Translations under genes and position numbers: made by a program
Shown here: one piece after another, positions 36,380 to 48,008 of the stretch
How the letters are laid out: every line of letters begins with the position of its first letter
Position numbering within the stretch: the stretch's first letter is position 1
Assembly: GCA_041686835.1 (NCBI GenBank)
Contig: JAWLCZ010000002.1
Span: forward strand, 1 to 55,494
Length of the DNA: 55,494 nt
Direction: 5' to 3'
Origin: Paenibacillaceae bacterium
Lineage (GTDB): Bacteria > Bacillota > Bacilli > Paenibacillales > JAWLCZ01
Notes under the pieces: model-generated
What the model saw: the letters and a program-made list of their open reading frames with translations, nothing else
Database searches by the model: none
Told to the model about the DNA's origin: nothing

Positions 36380-37384
36380 ATGAGTGTAACGATCAAAGAT
36401 ATCGCCAGATTGGCCAACGTTTCCCACACGACCGTATCGAGGGCTTTGAACGACAGCCCGCTCATCAATCCGAAAACGAAGCAGCGCATTCAAACGATCG
36501 CGAAAGAATTGCACTACTCGCCGAATTACAGCGCCAAAAGCCTCGTGCTGGATCGTTCCTACAACATCGGCTTGTTTTTTTCCACGCTCCATTCCGGCAC
36601 TACTTCCGGATTTTTTCATGAAATCGTCAGGGGCGTGAATGCCGTTGTGAAAGACCGGTACAACTTGGTGGTGAAAGGGATCGACGAATATAAAGACTTT
36701 CGCGGCATCACCCCGAAAAGCTTTGACGGGATCATTGTGATGAGCCAAAGCGCCCAGGACGATCCGTTTATCGGCCATGCGCTGGCGAGAGGAATACCCG
36801 TGGTCGTGCTGAACCGGCATGTCGAAAACGCCGCGATCACGAACATTTTATCCGACGATCGGGAGGGATCCCGCAGCATGGTCGAATATTTAATCAAGAG
36901 CGGCCACAGGCGGATCGCCATCATTGAAGGCAAGAGAGGCTTCAGTTCGACGCAGCTCAGGAAAGAGGGGTATTTGCAGGCTTTGAGCCGCTACGGCATT
37001 CCGGCTTTGCGCGAATATCAGGCGCAGGGGGATTACGATTTTGCAAGCGGCTACACGGCGATGCGCCAGCTGCTTCTGCTCGAGAAGAAACCGACGGCCG
37101 TGTTTTGTTCGAACGACGATATGGCTGTCGGCGCCATGAAGGCGATAGCGGAGCAGGGAATGAAGGTGCCCGACGACATTTCGGTGGCCGGTTTCGATGA
37201 GAACCGATTTTCCGCGTTTTTGTCGCCCGCGCTGACGACGGTGAAACGGCCGCTCGAACGAATCAGCCGAAAAGGGGCGGAAACGCTGCTGGAAGCGATG
37301 GAGCATAAACAGATGCGCAAACGGACGTTGTATATGAATACGGAACTGGTCATCAGGCAGTCCGTAGGAAAAGCGAAAGAATAA
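36380..37384 (+). CDS. exuR: LacI-family hexuronate regulator
   Basis: [44 protein letters not shown] and TVKRP closely follow B. subtilis ExuR. Confidence 0.8.
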   Translation: MSVTIKDIARLANVSHTTVSRALNDSPLINPKTKQRIQTIAKELHYSPNYSAKSLVLDRSYNIGLFFSTLHSGTTSGFFHEIVRGVNAVVKDRYNLVVKGIDEYKDFRGITPKSFDGIIVMSQSAQDDPFIGHALARGIPVVVLNRHVENAAITNILSDDREGSRSMVEYLIKSGHRRIAIIEGKRGFSSTQLRKEGYLQALSRYGIPALREYQAQGDYDFASGYTAMRQLLLLEKKPTAVFCSNDDMAVGAMKAIAEQGMKVPDDISVAGFDENRFSAFLSPALTTVKRPLERISRKGAETLLEAMEHKQMRKRTLYMNTELVIRQSVGKAKE

Positions 37385-37397
37385 GGTGGGGTGAGCG

Positions 37398-38669
37398 ATG
37401 AGCATTTTGCAACAATTGCTGCGGCATGTTCCGGTTCCCCGAATGGTGCGAATCCGGCAAAAATTCGACGGGACGGCGTTGGATAACGTTGCGGAGGAAC
37501 TGGCCATGCAGCTGCGCAAACCGGGCGGCATCGACCAGATTCGTCCCGGACAGCAGGTGGCGATAGCGGCGGGAAGCCGGGGGGTTGCCAATATTGCGCT
37601 GACGGTGCGTACCGTTGTCGATGCCGTGAAAGAGGCGGGGGCCCATCCGTTCATCGTGCCCGCCATGGGCAGCCACGGCGGAGCGACGGCGGAAGGGCAG
37701 AAGGAAGTGCTTCGCCATCTGGGCATTGACGAAGCGACGATGGGAGCCCCGATCCGCTCCTCGATGGAGGTCGTCAAGCTGGCCGAGCTGGAGAACGGCC
37801 TGCCGGTTTATGCGGATAAGCATGCCGCCGGAGCGGACGCGATTGTGGTCATCAACCGGGTGAAACCGCACACCGCCTTCCGGGGAACGTTCGAGAGCGG
37901 CATCATGAAAATGATTGCCATCGGCCTCGGAAAACAGAAAGGGGCCGAGGCGTGCCATCAGCTCGGGTTTAAACATATGGCGGAAAACGTGCCGAAGATG
38001 GCGCGCGTCATGCTCGACAAGCTGCCGATCGCGTTCGGGGTCGCGCTTGTGGAAAACGCTTATGACGAGACGTGCATCGCGGAAGTTTTGCCCGCGCGGC
38101 AAATTGAGGAGCGGGAACCGGAACTGCTCAAGGAGGCAAAGCTTCGCATGCCGAAAATATTGTTCGATCCATTGGACGTTCTCGTCATCGACTATATCGG
38201 CAAAAACATAAGCGGGGACGGTATGGACCCGAATATTACGGGCCGATTCCCGACGCCGTATGCGCACGGCGGGCCGGACGTCAGCAAAATGGTCGTGCTC
38301 GACTTGACTCCCGAGACCGAAGGAAATGCCAACGGAATCGGCACCGCGGATTTTACGACGCAGCGGGCGGTCGACAAGATGGACCGGGTTGCTACATACG
38401 CGAACGGACTGACATCGACGGTATGCGCGCCGACCAAAATACCGACAACGCTTCCTAACGACGAGTACGCGATTAAAGCGGCGGTGAAAACGTGCAACAT
38501 TCTGGACTATACGAAATGCCGCCTTGTGAGAATAAGAGATACGCTCCATCTCGGGGAGATCGAAATTTCCGAACCGCTGCTGGAGGAGGCGCGGCGCCAT
38601 CCGGATATCGAGATTTTGTCCGGGCCGTACGAATGGACATTTGACAGTGAAGGGAATTTGGCCAAATGA
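37398..38669 (+). CDS. LarA-superfamily nickel-pincer epimerase, GntE (gluconate 2-epimerase)-type
   Basis: AGSRG, PAMGSHGG, RVKPHTAF...ESGIMKMIAIGLGK...ACH, GKNISGDGMD; context with gntK and uxuB. Confidence 0.75.
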   Translation: MSILQQLLRHVPVPRMVRIRQKFDGTALDNVAEELAMQLRKPGGIDQIRPGQQVAIAAGSRGVANIALTVRTVVDAVKEAGAHPFIVPAMGSHGGATAEGQKEVLRHLGIDEATMGAPIRSSMEVVKLAELENGLPVYADKHAAGADAIVVINRVKPHTAFRGTFESGIMKMIAIGLGKQKGAEACHQLGFKHMAENVPKMARVMLDKLPIAFGVALVENAYDETCIAEVLPARQIEEREPELLKEAKLRMPKILFDPLDVLVIDYIGKNISGDGMDPNITGRFPTPYAHGGPDVSKMVVLDLTPETEGNANGIGTADFTTQRAVDKMDRVATYANGLTSTVCAPTKIPTTLPNDEYAIKAAVKTCNILDYTKCRLVRIRDTLHLGEIEISEPLLEEARRHPDIEILSGPYEWTFDSEGNLAK

Positions 38670-40216
38670 GCTTCGAAAAACGTTATGTCATCGCGGTGGA
38701 TATCGGAACGACAAGCACAAAAACATTGGTCGTCGGGCGCGACGGCACCGTGTTCGCCTCGCATGCCGTCGAATATCCGCTGTTCACGCCGGAGCCCGGC
38801 GCGGCCGAACAAAATCCGGATGAAATTTTCGCGGCGGTTATCCGAAGCATTCGCGAATCGGTGCGAAAAGCGGGGCTATCCGCAAGTCAAATCTTGTGCG
38901 TCTCCTTCAGTTCGGCGATGCACAGCATTATAGCCGTCGATCGGAACGGGCATCCGCTTACTCCGTGCATCGTATGGGCGGACAATCGGAGCGCCCGGTA
39001 TGCGGATATATTGAAACGGGACGGCAAGCAAATTTATATGGATACCGGAACGCCGATTCATCCGATGTCTCCCTTGCTGAAATTGATGTGGCTGAAAGAT
39101 GAACGGCCCGACATTGCCCATAAAGCGAATAAATATATCGGGATTAAAGAATTTGTATTCGCCAAGCTGTTCGGCCGATTCGTCGTTGATTACTCGATTG
39201 CCAGCGCCTCCGGCCTGTTCAATTTGCGGCGGCTCGATTGGGACGAACGCGCGCTGGCGGCGGCGGGCATTACGCGGGAAATGCTTTCCGAACCCGTGCC
39301 GCCCACCTACCGGTTGGAGGGATTGGATCCGCAGCATGCGGCGGACATGGGGCTTTCCATCGATACGCCGTTCGTGGCAGGCGGTTCCGACGGCGTTCTG
39401 GCCAACCTTGGCGTGGATGCCGTAGGGAAAGGCGTCTATGCGGTAACGATCGGCACAAGCGGCGCGGTGCGCGGCGTCGTCCGCAGTCCTGTGGCCGATC
39501 CGCAGGGACGGTTGTTCTGTTACGCGCTGACGGAAGACTATTGGGTCGTAGGCGGGCCGATTAACAACGGCGGCATCATGTTCCGCTGGGCAAGAGATCA
39601 GCTTGCCACGCTGGAAGCGGAGCAGGCGAGAAGCAGAGGACTTGATCCTTACGATTATTTGACGGAAATGGCCGCCGGTGTTTCCCCCGGTTCGGAAGGT
39701 CTCGTTTTTTTGCCGCTGCTCGCGGGGGAAAGAGCGCCGTTTTGGAACGCGAACGCGCGCGGCGTGTTTTTCGGCCTGTCGCTCAACCACGAAAAGCGGC
39801 ACATGGTCCGTTCGGTGCTCGAAGGTGTCGTATACCGCATCCACTCCGTCATGAGCGCCCTGGAGGAATTCGCCGGAAAAGCAGTGGAGATCCGCGCTTC
39901 CGGAGGATTCGCCCGCTCGCCGTTATGGCGGCAGATGATGGCGGATGTACTGGGCACGAAAGTCGCCGTGCCGGACACGATCGAAAGCTCATGCCTCGGG
40001 GCGGCTTTCATCGGCTTTTATGCGATGGGCGAAGCGTCCGGCCTGCACGAGGTAAGCGGATGGGTCCGCACGGGCAGCGAGCACGTGCCGGACGAACGCA
40101 ACAACCGGATTTACGGGGAGCTGCTGCAAATCTATAACCGCGTATATCACCGGTTAAAGGATGAATTCGATGAAATTGCGGCGTTTCAGCAAAAATACGG
40201 GAGGGGTAGCGAATGA
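38666..40216 (+). CDS. gntK: Gluconokinase (FGGY family)
   Basis: DIGTTSTK, FSSAMHS, TGTPIHPMSP, TIGTSGAVR and GERAP motifs. Confidence 0.9.
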   Translation: MSFEKRYVIAVDIGTTSTKTLVVGRDGTVFASHAVEYPLFTPEPGAAEQNPDEIFAAVIRSIRESVRKAGLSASQILCVSFSSAMHSIIAVDRNGHPLTPCIVWADNRSARYADILKRDGKQIYMDTGTPIHPMSPLLKLMWLKDERPDIAHKANKYIGIKEFVFAKLFGRFVVDYSIASASGLFNLRRLDWDERALAAAGITREMLSEPVPPTYRLEGLDPQHAADMGLSIDTPFVAGGSDGVLANLGVDAVGKGVYAVTIGTSGAVRGVVRSPVADPQGRLFCYALTEDYWVVGGPINNGGIMFRWARDQLATLEAEQARSRGLDPYDYLTEMAAGVSPGSEGLVFLPLLAGERAPFWNANARGVFFGLSLNHEKRHMVRSVLEGVVYRIHSVMSALEEFAGKAVEIRASGGFARSPLWRQMMADVLGTKVAVPDTIESSCLGAAFIGFYAMGEASGLHEVSGWVRTGSEHVPDERNNRIYGELLQIYNRVYHRLKDEFDEIAAFQQKYGRGSE

Positions 40217-40980
40217 ATTTGTTTGATTTGTCGGGAAAAACCGCGGTTGTCATCGGCGGTAACAGCACGCTTGGCGGAGCGATGGCGGTCGCTCTCGGAG
40301 GGCACGGCGCCGATGTCGCCGTCGTCGGGCGCAATAAGGAGACTTGCGAAGCGGTGCGCAAACGGATCGAAGAGGCGGGAGGGAGAGCCAAATGCTTTCA
40401 GGCCGAGGCGACGAAAGAAGACGATTTGCGAAGGACGCTTGCCGAAGTGCTCGAATGGACCGGTCGTGTCGACGTGCTGATGAACTGTCCCGGAAAAAAC
40501 AGCACGACACCTTTTTTTGACATCACGATGGAAGAATGGGACTCCATTATGGAAGTGAACGTCAAAAGCGTCGTGCTGGCCTGCCAGGTGTTCGGCAAAT
40601 ATATGGTGGAGCGGGGAGAGGGCGGCAGCATCATCAACGTTTCGTCCGTATCGTCGGATCCGCCGTTATCCCGCGTATTTACCTATTCTGCGTCGAAAGC
40701 GGCGGTCAACAACGTGACGAAATTTTTGGCGCGCGAATTTGCGCCGAGCCGGGTGCGCGTCAATGCGCTCATCCCCGGATTTTTTCCCGCCGTGCAAAAT
40801 CGCGGCATTTTATCTCCCGAACGGGTTGAAGCGATCATGCGCCATACGCCGATGGGGCGTTTCGGAGAGCCGGAAGAGCTGCAGGGGGCGGCCGTGTGGC
40901 TTGCTTCGGAAAAAGCGTCGGGCTTTGTCACCGGGGCTCTTATCCGGGTGGACGGCGGTTTCGGCGCGATGACGATTTAA
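40213..40980 (+). CDS. uxuB: SDR D-mannonate oxidoreductase (UxuB-like)
   Basis: PLSRVFTYSASKAA, PGFFPAVQNR, HTPMGRFG and VDGGF resemble SDR-type UxuB. Confidence 0.7.
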   Translation: MNLFDLSGKTAVVIGGNSTLGGAMAVALGGHGADVAVVGRNKETCEAVRKRIEEAGGRAKCFQAEATKEDDLRRTLAEVLEWTGRVDVLMNCPGKNSTTPFFDITMEEWDSIMEVNVKSVVLACQVFGKYMVERGEGGSIINVSSVSSDPPLSRVFTYSASKAAVNNVTKFLAREFAPSRVRVNALIPGFFPAVQNRGILSPERVEAIMRHTPMGRFGEPEELQGAAVWLASEKASGFVTGALIRVDGGFGAMTI

Positions 40981-41103
40981 ACGCCGTGCCATGCCGATTT
41001 TTATCGGACGAAGCATTTGCGCGATCTTCACGAATTCATGTAAAATGGTTAAAATGGACATGATGATTTTTGAACATCAATAATGATGAAGGATGGAGAG
41101 AAG

Positions 41104-42513
<1,410 letters not shown>

Positions 42514-42544
42514 TCGCCCGGATCCAATAACCGCCGGACTTTTT

Positions 42545-42850
42545 TTACTTGGGTTTGTCCGGGTGCAGTCCGTATGACGCTTCGTACAGCCATGTCTTGA
42601 GCCGGTCGGCTTCCTGGTCGAAGAAGCTTTTCCGGTGAATGAGCAGCATGGCAGTTTCGGCGAAATAACGGAAGTTTTGCAATAAACGTGGCTGTGAAAG
42701 CTCCAGCAATCGGGGGTCTTCATCAGCCACCTTTTTTTTGATATATTCCAGCATCCATACGATATCTTCCCGGCACAACGGACGGCCTGGGTCGAGAATG
42801 CTTTGCAGCTTGCGGTTGGTTGTGTCGGCAGGAAGGGCGGAATGCATCAT
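42545..42850 (-). CDS. Hypothetical protein
   Basis: ORF with RBS AAGGAG that fills the intergenic gap. Confidence 0.7.
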   Translation of the reverse strand: MMHSALPADTTNRKLQSILDPGRPLCREDIVWMLEYIKKKVADEDPRLLELSQPRLLQNFRYFAETAMLLIHRKSFFDQEADRLKTWLYEASYGLHPDKPK

Positions 42851-42995
42851 ACTCATCTCCTTATGAATCAATAACTACTATATCCTTACTACACCGGCGG
42901 CTTTTTTATACATGGCGCGGCAGGATTGCCGCTTTATTTTTGGCTGTGATATGATAGGAACAGTTTGGCGGCGACGATACATAGGAGTGTGGACG

Positions 42996-43511
42996 ATGAA
43001 GAAGGACAATATCGTGTTGGTCGGTTTTATGGGCACGGGCAAAACGACTGTCGGCCGCGTCATGGCGGAACGGCTCGGTTGGCGGCATATCGATACCGAC
43101 CGCATCATTGAAACGGAAGAAGGCATGTCCATACCGGACATTTTTTCAGGCAGAGGAGAGCCGTATTTCCGCCGGAAGGAAAGCGAAGTAATCAAGCGGG
43201 TGATGGAGAAAAAGGGACAAGTGATCAGCACCGGAGGAGGCGCCGTGCTGGCGGCGGCCAACCGCGAGCGGATGATGAACAACGGCTTTGTGGCGGCGTT
43301 AACCGCGTCTTTGGAAACGATAGTCCGGCGGGTGGGCAAAGACGAAAACCGCCCTTTGCTGCAGGGAAACAGCGAAGAGCGGGTCAGACGCCTGTTGGAG
43401 GAGCGAAAGTTTGCTTACGATTTTGCCGATATAAAAATAGATACGTCGCAGTTGTCCGTAAACGACATCGTGGACGCCATTCTGGAGGCGAGAAGCAAGC
43501 TCGGCGGTTAG
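42996..43511 (+). CDS. aroK: Shikimate kinase
   Basis: GFMGTGKT, DTD, GEPYFR, STGGG and RPLL motifs. Confidence 0.95.
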   Translation: MKKDNIVLVGFMGTGKTTVGRVMAERLGWRHIDTDRIIETEEGMSIPDIFSGRGEPYFRRKESEVIKRVMEKKGQVISTGGGAVLAAANRERMMNNGFVAALTASLETIVRRVGKDENRPLLQGNSEERVRRLLEERKFAYDFADIKIDTSQLSVNDIVDAILEARSKLGG

Positions 43512-43522
43512 ATTGGCCGACA

Positions 43523-43831
43523 TTACAATTTTTCCCAGGAGAGCATGCCGCCGGCCATGCTTTTTAATCCGGCAATACCGAGCGACTGCAAATATTCGCA
43601 AGCTTTACCGCTTCGGTTGCCGCTGCGGCAGACAACGATAATTTCGCCCGTTTGTTCGATTTCCGCATGCCTTGACGGAAGTTCGCCGAGCGGGATGTGC
43701 TTTGCGCCGGGGATCATGCCTTGAGCGACTTCTTCCGGCTCCCTGACGTCGATGATGTTCAGCTTTTCGTTGCGGCTGAGCCTTTCTTTTACTTCTTCGG
43801 GAAGTATCGTATTGATCTGGTTCATCTGCAA
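43523..43831 (-). CDS. Single-domain rhodanese-like protein
   Basis: IDVREPEE, IPGA, CRSGNRS, GGMLSW. Confidence 0.93.
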   Translation of the reverse strand: MQMNQINTILPEEVKERLSRNEKLNIIDVREPEEVAQGMIPGAKHIPLGELPSRHAEIEQTGEIIVVCRSGNRSGKACEYLQSLGIAGLKSMAGGMLSWEKL

Positions 43832-44018
43832 CCCACCTTCATCGGTTGAAATCTGGACTTATGGGGTTAATCATACGGATTTTCTTTTTTTGTGTCAACG
43901 CGCGCCGGAATTGTCGAGTTCATGTCATTTTTGCCGCAGCGATTTTCTTTCCATACCCCGTATGGTACACTGACTGTAAATCATTAGGAATAAGTAAACA
44001 GAATGAGGAGAGACAGCC

Positions 44019-45308
44019 ATGGATGTAGTCGTAAAACCGACCCCGCGGCTCCAGGGTGAAATCAACGCGTTGTCTTCCAAAAATTATACGACGCGATATA
44101 TGCTCGTAGCCGCATTGGCGGAAGGAACAAGCACGCTCTATTATCCCGCCCATAGCGAAGACAGCGACGCGCTGCGCAGATGCATCAGCGATCTGGGAGC
44201 CCTTATCGAAGAGGACAGCGAAAAGATGCGCGTCACCGGTTTCGGCCGCAACCCGAAGCCGGTGAAACAGCTCAATGTCGGCAATGCCGGAGCGGTGCTC
44301 CGCTTTCTGATGTCGGTTGCGGCGTTTTGTCCCGAAGTCACGTTTATTAACGCTTACCCGGAGTCTCTGGGCAAAAGACCGCACGACGATTTGATCGCCG
44401 CTTTGCAGCAAATGGGAGTCGGCGTCGAACATAACGGCGGCAGGCTGCCGATTACGATTCGCGGCGGCAATCCGAAGAGCGGCAAAATCACCGTTTCCGG
44501 GAAAGTCAGCTCGCAGTATTTGAGCTCGCTCCTGTTCATGACGCCACTGCTCGAAGGCGACAGCGAAATCGAAGTGCTCCACGATTTGAAATCCAAAGTG
44601 GTCGTCGGGCAAACGCTGGAAGTGCTCGAACAGGCGGGCATCCGCATTGAAGCGAGCGAGGACATGATGCATTATCGCGTTCCCGGGGGGCAGCGGTATG
44701 CGGCGAAAGAATACACGATTCAAGGGGACTACCCCGGATCGGCCGCTATTCTTGCCGCTGCCGCGGTGACGCATTCGGACGTTACGGTGCTGCGGCTTGC
44801 GGAAAACAGCAAACAGGGAGAAAGGGCTGCCGTCGACGTTCTGCGCGCTATGGGCGTTCCGCTGACCCATGAGAACGGAATCGTTCGCGTCCGGGGCAAC
44901 GGACGTTTACAGGCGGTTGAGTTTGACGGCGACGCTTTCACCGACGCCGTGCTCGCCATGGTAGCCGCCTCCGTGTTTGCGGAAGGCACATCGCGTTTTT
45001 ACAATGTGGAAAACCTGCGCTACAAAGAGTGCGACCGGATCACCGATTTCGTCAACGAGCTTCGCAAGGCCGGAGCCGAGGTCGAAGAAAGGCGGAGCGA
45101 AATTATCGTTCACGGGCGTCCCGAAGGGGTGGAAGGCGGCGTCGTCATCGACGCGCACTTCGACCATCGGGTCATTATGGCGCTGACCGTGGTCGGCCTT
45201 CGCTCACGGAAAGGACTTACGATAAAGGATGCTCACCATGTGGCCAAATCGTATCCGCAATTTTTCGATCATTTGAAGTCGCTCGGCGCGCAAGTGGAAT
45301 GGGTTTGA
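44019..45308 (+). CDS. aroA: EPSP synthase (divergent SKNYTTRY type)
   Basis: SSKNYTTR, GNAGAVLRF, SSQYLSS, LRYKECDR, DHR and KSYP motifs. Confidence 0.93.
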   Translation: MDVVVKPTPRLQGEINALSSKNYTTRYMLVAALAEGTSTLYYPAHSEDSDALRRCISDLGALIEEDSEKMRVTGFGRNPKPVKQLNVGNAGAVLRFLMSVAAFCPEVTFINAYPESLGKRPHDDLIAALQQMGVGVEHNGGRLPITIRGGNPKSGKITVSGKVSSQYLSSLLFMTPLLEGDSEIEVLHDLKSKVVVGQTLEVLEQAGIRIEASEDMMHYRVPGGQRYAAKEYTIQGDYPGSAAILAAAAVTHSDVTVLRLAENSKQGERAAVDVLRAMGVPLTHENGIVRVRGNGRLQAVEFDGDAFTDAVLAMVAASVFAEGTSRFYNVENLRYKECDRITDFVNELRKAGAEVEERRSEIIVHGRPEGVEGGVVIDAHFDHRVIMALTVVGLRSRKGLTIKDAHHVAKSYPQFFDHLKSLGAQVEWV

Positions 45309-45349
45309 CGTTCCAACGATAATACAGAACGGATGAGTGGATTTTTATC

Positions 45350-46174
45350 ATGACGGTAGTATGGCGGGCAGTGAAATATTTGTTTACGTTTGCGGCAATT
45401 ACGGCACTGATGTTTACAAGCGGTTTGTTCAGCGTGCTGCTTTACGGAAAAATGACGGGCAAGAATTGGACTCTTCTGGCGAGACCCGAAGACGCGGGCC
45501 GTTCGCAAGTCATTTCCAAAGAAGAAGGGAAACCGCGGCCCGGGACCGGGGAAAACGGAGCGGCGCCGGCGAAGCGCAAATCGATGATTCTTACCGCGCC
45601 AATCATAAAACAGAGGCCGGAATTGCCGGCGGGCTGCGAAATTACGAGCCTTGCTATGCTGCTTCAATATTACGGGATCGAGAAAAGCAAGATGGATCTC
45701 GTTGCGGAAATGAAAAAAGATCCGACACCCATGAAGAAAGACAGGAACGGCAACATCGTCTACTGGGGCAATCCTTATCACGGTTATGTCGGGGATGTTA
45801 CTGGGAAAAAGCCGGGTTTTGGCATTTACCATACCGCATTGTTTCCGCTGCTCAAAAAATATATCCCGACAGCCGAAAATTTGACGAACCGTCCGTTCGG
45901 GCAGCTGGAGCAAAAAATATCCGAGGGCATTCCCGTAGTGGTTTGGACAACGATGGGTTACACTAAACCGAAGAAATGGATTTCGTGGAACACTTCCGGC
46001 GGGCCGTTCAAGACGACTTTTGAACTGCATGCCGTTTTGCTCGTCGGATATGATGAAACGCACGTTTATGTCAACGATCCGTGGACCGGAAAACAAAAAG
46101 CGAAAGTCGACAAGCGGCAGTTTGTTTCCTCATGGGAGGCAATGGGAAGACAGGCTTTATCGTATAAAAAGTAA
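45350..46174 (+). CDS. C39-like peptidase (YvpB-like), membrane-anchored
   Basis: QRPELPAGCEITSLAMLL, HAVLLVGYD, VNDP; N-terminal TM helix. Confidence 0.88.
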   Translation: MTVVWRAVKYLFTFAAITALMFTSGLFSVLLYGKMTGKNWTLLARPEDAGRSQVISKEEGKPRPGTGENGAAPAKRKSMILTAPIIKQRPELPAGCEITSLAMLLQYYGIEKSKMDLVAEMKKDPTPMKKDRNGNIVYWGNPYHGYVGDVTGKKPGFGIYHTALFPLLKKYIPTAENLTNRPFGQLEQKISEGIPVVVWTTMGYTKPKKWISWNTSGGPFKTTFELHAVLLVGYDETHVYVNDPWTGKQKAKVDKRQFVSSWEAMGRQALSYKK

Positions 46175-46232
46175 CGCGGGCACGCTTATCGCCAGCGAAG
46201 ACGAATGTAAAAGTTAAAGGGAGGTCATGAGA

Positions 46233-46664
46233 ATGCCGTTTGAAAATCCGACGAGGGAACGGATCAAGGAAATTTTGCTCGCAACCCGAACGATTGCGGT
46301 AGTCGGCCTGTCCGACAATCCCGAGCGCATTTCCCATATGGTGGCGAAAGCGATGCAGCAAAAAGGGTACAGGATTATACCGGTTAACCCGAATGCGGAA
46401 CAAATTCTTGGAGAGCGCTGTTATGCGACTCTTCTCGACATTCCGGAGCCGGTCGACATCGTCAACGTTTTTCGCCGCAGCGAGCATGTCGTGCCGATTG
46501 CGGAAGACAGCGTAAAGATTAAGGCGAAGGTGCTGTGGCTGCAGCAGGGCATCGTGAACGAACAAGCGGCGCAAATCGCTGCAAACGGCGGTTTGGAAGT
46601 GATTATGGACCGCTGCATCAAAGTGGAGGATTCCATTCTTCTTCCGCACAAATCGGCGAACTGA
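46233..46664 (+). CDS. CoA-binding protein (YneT/YccU-like)
   Basis: IAVVGLS, IIPVNP, VFRRSE, LWLQQG, MDRC. Confidence 0.93.
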   Translation: MPFENPTRERIKEILLATRTIAVVGLSDNPERISHMVAKAMQQKGYRIIPVNPNAEQILGERCYATLLDIPEPVDIVNVFRRSEHVVPIAEDSVKIKAKVLWLQQGIVNEQAAQIAANGGLEVIMDRCIKVEDSILLPHKSAN

Positions 46665-46782
46665 ACTGGAGTGCCAGCAGTATCCATCATAAAAAGGTTT
46701 CGAACTTGAGACAATAACATAAGCTTCAACCGGTGCGATTCTTCGTTCCGGTGAAGACTTTAATCTCAAGGAGGATACTCGC

Positions 46783-47364
46783 TTGAACCAGTATCAGCAG
46801 CAGTCCCAGTCTTACCATGCGGCGAATTACCGCGGAAACGTCCCCGGACATGACGCAAGGTTCCGCTCCGATTCCCAGAATCCTTCCACTTATTCTTTCG
46901 GAGCCCCGGTCGCTTCGCAGTATCGCGGCGTGCAAAGAACGTTCCAGCCGGCAGGACAAGTGCAGTCTTTTTATGGCCAAAACCAAAGCGCGGTTGCGAG
47001 AAACGTTTCATCCTACGGTGCGCAAAACCAGAACTTGCAATCTTACCATTCGGCCAATTATAAAGGCAGCCAGCCGGGGCACGACGCGTGGAAACGCTCC
47101 GACTCTTATCAGTCCTCAAGCTTCAGCTCCGTCAGCCAAACGGGCAATCAGTCATTCGGAGCAGGCGCGCAATTCCGGGCTTCCCAACCGGCCTTGTCCC
47201 AGGCTCAAAGCCCGCAGTCGTACCATTTGGCCAACTATCAAGGCAACCAGCCGGGTCATGACGCCGCTAAACGAAGCGATTCGCTCCAGCCGTCGCAGCA
47301 GCAATACGGAGGCGCATTGCCGCAGCAGCAATACGGATACGGCGCATCGTCGCTGCCGCAATAA
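46783..47364 (+). CDS. Q/S/N/G/Y-rich low-complexity protein with three SYHxANYxGxxPGHDxxxRSDS repeats
   Basis: TTG start with RBS AAGGAGG; three internal repeats visible in the translation. Confidence 0.8.
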   Translation: MNQYQQQSQSYHAANYRGNVPGHDARFRSDSQNPSTYSFGAPVASQYRGVQRTFQPAGQVQSFYGQNQSAVARNVSSYGAQNQNLQSYHSANYKGSQPGHDAWKRSDSYQSSSFSSVSQTGNQSFGAGAQFRASQPALSQAQSPQSYHLANYQGNQPGHDAAKRSDSLQPSQQQYGGALPQQQYGYGASSLPQ

Positions 47365-47425
47365 CCAACGATAAGGCGGACCTTTGCAGGTCCGCTCGTT
47401 TATATCCGAAAAAGGAGGCCATGTT

Positions 47426-47644
47426 GTGACGAATCCGAATGCGAACATGACATCCAATCGAAATCTGCTGTCGGACAAGGAACTGCTCTACATGAAAGAC
47501 TTTTTATCGTGGGAACTGTTGGCGATGAAAAAATGCAGCGATGCCGCCAATCTGTGTACGGACACGCAAATCCAGAACCTGTTGAAACAAACCGGGAAAA
47601 AGCACCAACAGCATTATGAGACGCTTCTGTCCCATTTACAATAA
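47426..47644 (+). CDS. YuzM-like spore protein
   Basis: LYMKDFLSWELLAMKK...HQQHYETLLSHLQ; GTG 47426 with RBS AAAGGAGG. Confidence 0.8.
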   Translation: MTNPNANMTSNRNLLSDKELLYMKDFLSWELLAMKKCSDAANLCTDTQIQNLLKQTGKKHQQHYETLLSHLQ

Positions 47645-47668
47645 CAATGCTGAAGGAGGCTCGTCACC

Positions 47669-47995
47669 GTGACAACGCAAATCGCCATGCCTGAGTCGGG
47701 ACAAATGCCCGAGGTGAAAGGTCCGCAGATGAACGATCGGGATAGGCTGAACGATATTCTCTCGTTCGAAAAATATTTGTCGTACGGATACAACACCGGG
47801 TTGAACGAGATGCAAAACCCGCAGCTGCATAAAGCGGTGCAGGACATCCTCGTCGACGTGCATCAAATGCAGACGCAAATATTCGATCATATGTTCCAAA
47901 AAGGCTGGTATAAGATGAAAGCTGCCGACATGCAGGATATCAGCCAAGCGCATACGCAGTTTACGAATTATAAAACGCAATTTCCCGTATTTTAA
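47669..47995 (+). CDS. Coat F-domain spore protein (YusN-like)
   Basis: MNDRD...EKYL...Y...LNE...MFQKGWY. Confidence 0.85.
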   Translation: MTTQIAMPESGQMPEVKGPQMNDRDRLNDILSFEKYLSYGYNTGLNEMQNPQLHKAVQDILVDVHQMQTQIFDHMFQKGWYKMKAADMQDISQAHTQFTNYKTQFPVF

Positions 47996-48008
47996 CCCGA
48001 AAGCCAGA

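Noticed and set aside
36149-36820. 674-aa version of the mntH ORF
   Set aside because: The N-terminal extension is antisense to exuR and crosses the promoter; the true start is ATG 36148, with an RBS and MntR boxes upstream
45350-47364. C39 peptidase plus repeat protein as a RiPP precursor/processing pair
   Set aside because: The peptidase is a membrane-anchored YvpB type; no double-glycine leader, modifying enzymes or transporter; the repeat gene groups with spore genes
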